Below, piece by piece: positions 55,725 through 60,088 of a stretch of 60,088 bases of DNA. Positions within the stretch are counted from its first letter, which is position 1. Each line of letters begins with the position of its first letter. Under the pieces are notes generated by a model that searched no databases, was not told where the DNA came from, and worked only from the letters and a program-made list of their open reading frames with translations. This DNA comes from an uncultured Candidatus Saccharibacteria bacterium (GTDB taxonomy: Bacteria > Patescibacteriota > Minisyncoccia > Minisyncoccales > PEYH01): NCBI GenBank assembly GCA_964470785.1, contig CAYYED010000045.1, forward strand, positions 1 to 60,088, given 5' to 3'. A program made the position numbers and the translations under genes.

Positions 55725-55985
55725 CTCCCCCACCTTTATCCTCCCCCTCCAAAGGAGGGGGAGGAGATAAAAAACCTTTGTCCTCCTCCTCTTTAAGGGG
55801 GAGGAGATAAAAAACCTTTGTCCTCCTCCTCTTCAAGGGGGAGGAAATAAAAAACCTTTGTCCTCCTCTTCTTCAAGGGGGAGGAGATAAAAAACCTTTG
55901 TCCTCCTCTTCTTCAAGGGGGAGGAGATAAAAAACCTTTGTCCTCCCTCTTCCCCAAGGGAAGGGGGAGGAAGGAGGGGGATGGG
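55725..55985. repeat. G/C-tract hairpin module followed by five tandem 40-bp units
   Basis: The unit GGGGGAGGAGATAAAAAACCTTTGTCCTCCTCYTCTTCAA starts at 55757, 55797, 55837, 55877 and 55917. The whole unit repeats, so there are no variable spacers. Confidence 0.9.
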
Positions 55986-56038
55986 GCTCATATCCACCTA
56001 TAGCGCTCTGGTTTCATTTAATATATAACCCTTAAAGT

Positions 56039-56662
56039 TTAACTTAAAGAAAAATCTCTCTTTGCCAACTCATAGGCCTTTTTATTTATTGCAAACTTCT
56101 CTCCGAGAAGCTCTTTTAAGGCCCTTAAAAAACTCTCCGGCTTTAAGGGCAATAATCCGGAAAAAATCGCTCCGGAAACAAGATATGTTCCTGCTAATAC
56201 TTCAACGCCTAATTTTTCTTTTACGGCCTTGGAACTCTCATTAAGATATATTTGTTTGGCAAACGGCTGGAGCTCTTTGAAAACTTTTTTCAGGGAAGGC
56301 AGTTTTTGTCCGGCAAAACAAGGCGCTTGTATCATAAGATCATTTATTAAAAAAATTGTTCTTTGTTTTGAAGCAAAATATCCTGCTTTTAGCGCTTCAC
56401 TATATTCCAATGCCAAAACCAAATCTGCCTGCTCCCGGGGAACAAGGGGGGAATAAATATTTTTTCCTATTCTAATTTGCACTGTTACGGAGCCGCCTCT
56501 TTGGGAAAGGCCGTGCAACTCCGACATCCTTATTTCTTTGCCCTCTAAAAAACCGGCTAAAGCAATCATTCTGCCCAGGCTAATCAGGCCCTGGCCTCCT
56601 ATTCCGGCAATAATAATATTAAATTGTTCTTTTTGCTTTTTCATTTTTTGATGCGAACACAC
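56039..56662 (-). CDS. iorB: Indolepyruvate/2-oxoacid:ferredoxin oxidoreductase, beta (gamma-type) subunit
   Basis: FNIIIAGIGGQGLISLGRMIA; size and position after iorA. Confidence 0.75.
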   Translation of the reverse strand: MCSHQKMKKQKEQFNIIIAGIGGQGLISLGRMIALAGFLEGKEIRMSELHGLSQRGGSVTVQIRIGKNIYSPLVPREQADLVLALEYSEALKAGYFASKQRTIFLINDLMIQAPCFAGQKLPSLKKVFKELQPFAKQIYLNESSKAVKEKLGVEVLAGTYLVSGAIFSGLLPLKPESFLRALKELLGEKFAINKKAYELAKRDFSLS

Positions 56663-58338
56663 GGATGGCGTGAAATAATTACTGCTAACTCGTTTTTTTG
56701 AAGATATTTTTTTAAAATAGAAACAAAATTTTTATAATCCTTAGTCGTATCTATAATTTCTAAATTTTCCACTCCTAAGGCCTTAACAACTTCTTCTATT
56801 TTAATTTTTTTGCCTTTTTCCTTCTTGCCGGTTCCTTCAATTCCCGGATACGGCTGCTGACCGGTCATGGCTGTTGTCTGATTATCCATAATAATAATAA
56901 TCGGGTTAGAACCATTGTGGACAACATTGGCTAAAGCGGGCATTCCGGCATGAAAAAAACTGGAGTCGCCGACAAAAGAGATAAGTTTTTGGTCTCCCTT
57001 GCCCAACTTCTTGTCATTAACCGCTTTTTTAATCCCATGCGCAATGCCAATAGAAGAGCCCATGCAAAAAAGATAATCCTGTAATTTATGGGGGGCAAAA
57101 GAGGCAAGCATGTAACAGCCGATTCCCCCTCCGAAAATAACATCGTCTTGGGTAAGTCCGGACTCTTTAATGGCTTGCTTAACTCCGCTAAAAACCGCCC
57201 AATAAGGGCAACCGAGGCAAAGCCCGGGAAATCTTTTTAATGATTTCGGCTCTTTGATATTCGGTAATTTATAATCCTTTCCCAAAAGCTTGGCCACTGC
57301 TCCGAAAACTTGTTCCGGTTTTAATTCTCTGGTTTGCGGTAAAATGTCTTTGCCAAAAATTTTTAATTTATAATTTGTCTCTTTGGCAAATTCTTTTATT
57401 TTCTCTTCTAAGTATGGCTCTAATTCTTCTATTATTAAAATTTTATCAAATCCTTTAATGAATTCCTTTATTTTTTTATCGCATAGAGGATAAAAAATTC
57501 CCAGTTTTAAAACAGGAATTTCAGTGCCAAAATAATACAAGGCCTCCATTGTGTGGAGATAGCTTATTCCTGAAGTAATAATTCCTATTTTCGCCCCATA
57601 TTTAGGAAAATAAATTTTATTAATCTGATTTTTTTCTGCATACTCCTTAACTTTTTCGAGCTTAGCCAATAGCTCATCGTGCATATCAAGCAAGCGCGGC
57701 GGCATAGTAACAAATTGCTGATAATTTTTTATAAATTTTGCCTTAGTTTGCGATTTTTTAATGCTTCCGAGTTTTACTATAGCGCTTTGATGGCTTACTC
57801 GCGTAGTTGTTCTCACTATAACCGGTATTTTGAACTTTTCTGAAATTTCAAAGCCCAGTTTGGTAAAATCTTTACATTCTTGAGAATCGGCCGGCTCTAA
57901 TATCGGAATATGAGCCAAATAGGCAAAAGCCCGGGTGTTTTCTTCGGACTGACCCGAGCTGTGGCAAGAAGGGTCATCGGCCGCGACAATAACCGTGGGC
58001 CCTTTTACGCCTGTATAAACAAAGGGTAAAAGAGCATCGCTTGCCACGTTTAACCCGAAACTCTTCATGGCAACTAATGTTTTTAATCCGGAAAAGCTTG
58101 CGCCAATACCGGCCTCCATGGCCACTTTTTCGTTGATAGAGTATTCAAAATAAAAATCAGCCGCGCCCTTGATATCGCTTTTTTTAAACGCGGAAAAAGT
58201 GTCTCCAATTTCCGAGGCCGGAGTGCCCGGATAAGTAGCGACAAACTGCACCCCTGCTTCTATGGCTCCCCTGACAATCGCTTCGTTGCCCAGTAAAATC
58301 ATTTTTTTATCTGCTTTGCCTAAAAATATTTGTTTCAT
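56641..58338 (-). CDS. iorA: Indolepyruvate:ferredoxin oxidoreductase alpha subunit (TPP-binding); no ferredoxin-type Cys cluster domain seen
   Basis: LLGNEAIVRGAIEAGVQFVATYPGTPASEI, GLCLGCPY and GDSSFFHAG. ATG at 58338 preferred over the TTG at 58374. Confidence 0.75.
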   Translation of the reverse strand: MKQIFLGKADKKMILLGNEAIVRGAIEAGVQFVATYPGTPASEIGDTFSAFKKSDIKGAADFYFEYSINEKVAMEAGIGASFSGLKTLVAMKSFGLNVASDALLPFVYTGVKGPTVIVAADDPSCHSSGQSEENTRAFAYLAHIPILEPADSQECKDFTKLGFEISEKFKIPVIVRTTTRVSHQSAIVKLGSIKKSQTKAKFIKNYQQFVTMPPRLLDMHDELLAKLEKVKEYAEKNQINKIYFPKYGAKIGIITSGISYLHTMEALYYFGTEIPVLKLGIFYPLCDKKIKEFIKGFDKILIIEELEPYLEEKIKEFAKETNYKLKIFGKDILPQTRELKPEQVFGAVAKLLGKDYKLPNIKEPKSLKRFPGLCLGCPYWAVFSGVKQAIKESGLTQDDVIFGGGIGCYMLASFAPHKLQDYLFCMGSSIGIAHGIKKAVNDKKLGKGDQKLISFVGDSSFFHAGMPALANVVHNGSNPIIIIMDNQTTAMTGQQPYPGIEGTGKKEKGKKIKIEEVVKALGVENLEIIDTTKDYKNFVSILKKYLQKNELAVIISRHPCVRIKK

Positions 58339-58434
58339 TATTTTTAGTTTATCATGGCTCGCCAAAAAAAGCAAAGCTGGTTAGATGCCCGGCCTCTAAC
58401 CAGCTTAACAATCAAAATTAAAAATTGGTTTTTA

Positions 58435-60088
58435 TTACTCCACCGTGCAGCTCTTCGCGAGGTTACGTGGAAAATCCGGATCCTTCCCAAGTAAAATTGA
58501 GAGGTAATAGGCGAAAAGATGTAGGGGAATAATTGATAATAATGGAGTTAGCATTTCTAATGTCTTGGGGATATAAATTACGTCATCAACAATTTTTTCA
58601 ATGTCTTGGTTGCCTTCTGTGGCAATGGCTAAGATTTTTCCTTTTCTGGTCTTAATTTCCTCAATATTAGAAATCATTTTTGAATAAACGCTGTCTGAAG
58701 GGCAAATGGCAACGGTAGGAAAATTTTTATTAATTAAGGCAATCGGCCCGTGCTTCATCTCCCCTGCCGGATAGCCCTCGGCATGAAGATAAGAAATCTC
58801 TTTCAGTTTAAGCGCGCCTTCTAAAGCAATGGGATAATTATATTTTCTCCCTAAAAACAAAAAGTTTTTATAAGAACAATACTTTCCTGCCATTTTTTTA
58901 ATACCCTCATTTTTATTTAAAACTTGTTCCGCCAATTTAGGAAGTTCTTTAATTTGTTCTAAAATTCTTTTACCTATTATTAAAGACATTTCCCTTTGCC
59001 GCCCCAAATAAACCGTCAAAAGAGCTAAAGTTGTTAATTGAGAAAGAAAGCTCTTGGTCGCTGCTACTCCGATCTCGGGTCCGGCATGATTGTATATTCC
59101 GGCATCAACCTCCCGGGTAATACTGGAGCCAACAACATTTATAATGCCTAAAGTAAGAGCGCCCTTTCTTTTGGCTTCCCTAATGGCAAATAACGTGTCT
59201 GCGGTTTCCCCTGATTGCGAAATTGCCAAAACAAGGTCATTTTTTTTGATAATCGGTTTTTTGTAACGAAACTCTGAAGCATTCTCTGCCTCCACCGGAA
59301 TGCCGGCATATTCTTCAAGCATATATTCACCCGTTTTTCCGGCTAAAAGAGCCGTACCCATAGCAACAATAATTATCCTTTCTGTTTGTTTTAATTTGTC
59401 AGCGATTATTTCTACCCCTCCCAGCTTAGAAATGCCCTCTTCTGGCAACAATCTCCCCCTAAAAGCATTAGTGATAGCTTCCGGAACTTCAAAAATTTCT
59501 TTAAGCATAAAATGCTTATGCCCGCTTTTTTCTGCTTGAGAAATATCCCAATCAATTTCATGGCTGGGCTTTTTGATTCTCTCGTTTTGTAAATTAAAAA
59601 TTTCTACTCCCTGTTTTGTTATCGTCCCTATTTCCCCATCTTCTAAATAAATAACTTTTTTAGTGCGGGCCAAAATAGCCGGGGCGTCAGAGGAGATAAA
59701 ATTTTCGCTCTCCCCTAAACCAATTAATAAAGGAGATGAATACCGGACAAAAACAATTTTATCCGGCTCTCTTAAACTAATAACAGCAATAGCATAAGCG
59801 CCAACTACTTTTTGTAAAGCAAGACGGACCGCTTCTTTTAAATCTCCTCGGTAATATTCTTCAATTAAATGAGCCAAAACCTCGGTATCGGTTTCAGAAA
59901 TAAACTTATGGCCTTTTTCTTTTAATTTCTCTTTCAAAAAAAAATAATTTTCAACAATTCCGTTATGAACAACAAAAATTTCCTTTTTACAGTCCCAATG
60001 AGGATGAGCATTCACATCAGAGGGCTCTCCGTGAGTAGCCCATCTATTATGTCCTATAGCTATAGTGCCTTCTATGTTTGCATTATGT
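58435..60088 (-). CDS. glmS: Glutamine--fructose-6-phosphate aminotransferase; N-terminus runs off the right edge (partial)
   Basis: The frame stays open upstream of the track's Met (...IGHNRWATHGEPSDVNAHPH...). Two SIS domains. C-terminal ...LAKSCTVE. Confidence 0.93.
   Translation of the reverse strand, partial: HNANIEGTIAIGHNRWATHGEPSDVNAHPHWDCKKEIFVVHNGIVENYFFLKEKLKEKGHKFISETDTEVLAHLIEEYYRGDLKEAVRLALQKVVGAYAIAVISLREPDKIVFVRYSSPLLIGLGESENFISSDAPAILARTKKVIYLEDGEIGTITKQGVEIFNLQNERIKKPSHEIDWDISQAEKSGHKHFMLKEIFEVPEAITNAFRGRLLPEEGISKLGGVEIIADKLKQTERIIIVAMGTALLAGKTGEYMLEEYAGIPVEAENASEFRYKKPIIKKNDLVLAISQSGETADTLFAIREAKRKGALTLGIINVVGSSITREVDAGIYNHAGPEIGVAATKSFLSQLTTLALLTVYLGRQREMSLIIGKRILEQIKELPKLAEQVLNKNEGIKKMAGKYCSYKNFLFLGRKYNYPIALEGALKLKEISYLHAEGYPAGEMKHGPIALINKNFPTVAICPSDSVYSKMISNIEEIKTRKGKILAIATEGNQDIEKIVDDVIYIPKTLEMLTPLLSIIPLHLFAYYLSILLGKDPDFPRNLAKSCTVE

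Noticed and set aside
55725-55985. Regularly spaced G-rich repeats that at first glance look like a CRISPR array
   Set aside because: The entire 40-bp unit repeats, including the would-be spacer (ATAAAAAACCTTTGT...). There are therefore no unique spacers, and no cas genes are nearby. It is a plain tandem repeat.
1-60088. Prophage, transposase/IS, integrase, restriction-modification, CRISPR-Cas, retron/DGR reverse transcriptase or other recognisable defence island
   Set aside because: No ORF in any frame shows the corresponding motifs. Apart from the broken hicBA pair, nothing defence-like was seen.

Overview
The window is 60 kb of a compact genome that is about 80% minus-strand coding. It has low G+C and mostly lacks Shine-Dalgarno (SD) sequences. 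Gene content looks like a Patescibacteria/CPR-type bacterium; that assignment is inference only.

Recognisable genes:
- Division and housekeeping block: ftsA, ftsZ, ybeY, rpsU, hisS, lepB, pth, topA, tRNA-Leu(CAA).
- clpB and htrA.
- Pyrimidine operon: fused pyrD-pyrK, then pyrF, pyrE, pyrB.
- hpt and comEC.
- A glycan/envelope cluster: dgkA, a GT2 glycosyltransferase, a membrane-anchored glycoside hydrolase, a DMT transporter and a GH1 beta-glucosidase.
- A MacAB/YknXYZ-like ABC efflux operon.
- Two ECF sigma/membrane-protein pairs.
- A UbiA prenyltransferase, hicB with a broken hicA, a P-type ATPase, and mscS-parA.
- A cell-wall precursor block (glmS, iorAB, a yvcK-like gene, a glmU-like gene) followed by a PP-loop tRNA-thiolation-type gene.

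Two large genes run off the window edges and are therefore truncated or missing in the ORF track. One is a >1100-aa surface protein with a peptidoglycan-binding domain (1-3309, minus). The other is glmS (58435-60088, minus).

Observations I consider most worth follow-up:
1. A 1432-aa secreted protein combines a ComEA-type helix-hairpin-helix, two lamin-tail domains, very long acidic linkers and a duplicated Gly-rich beta-helix. It sits in an operon with uncharacterised membrane proteins.
2. Almost every intergenic gap is filled by a modular network of palindromic or hairpin repeat families. These are assembled into mosaic elements that flank SD-led genes with shifted G+C (UbiA, hpt, a 167-aa orphan) and interrupt operons.
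3. ftsZ ends exactly at the globular core, with no linker or C-terminal peptide. Its TGA stop is followed in frame by the remnant of an NrdG-like radical-SAM activase.

I found no CRISPR array, prophage, transposase or recognisable defence system. I cannot show from sequence alone that any single item is a new biological system.
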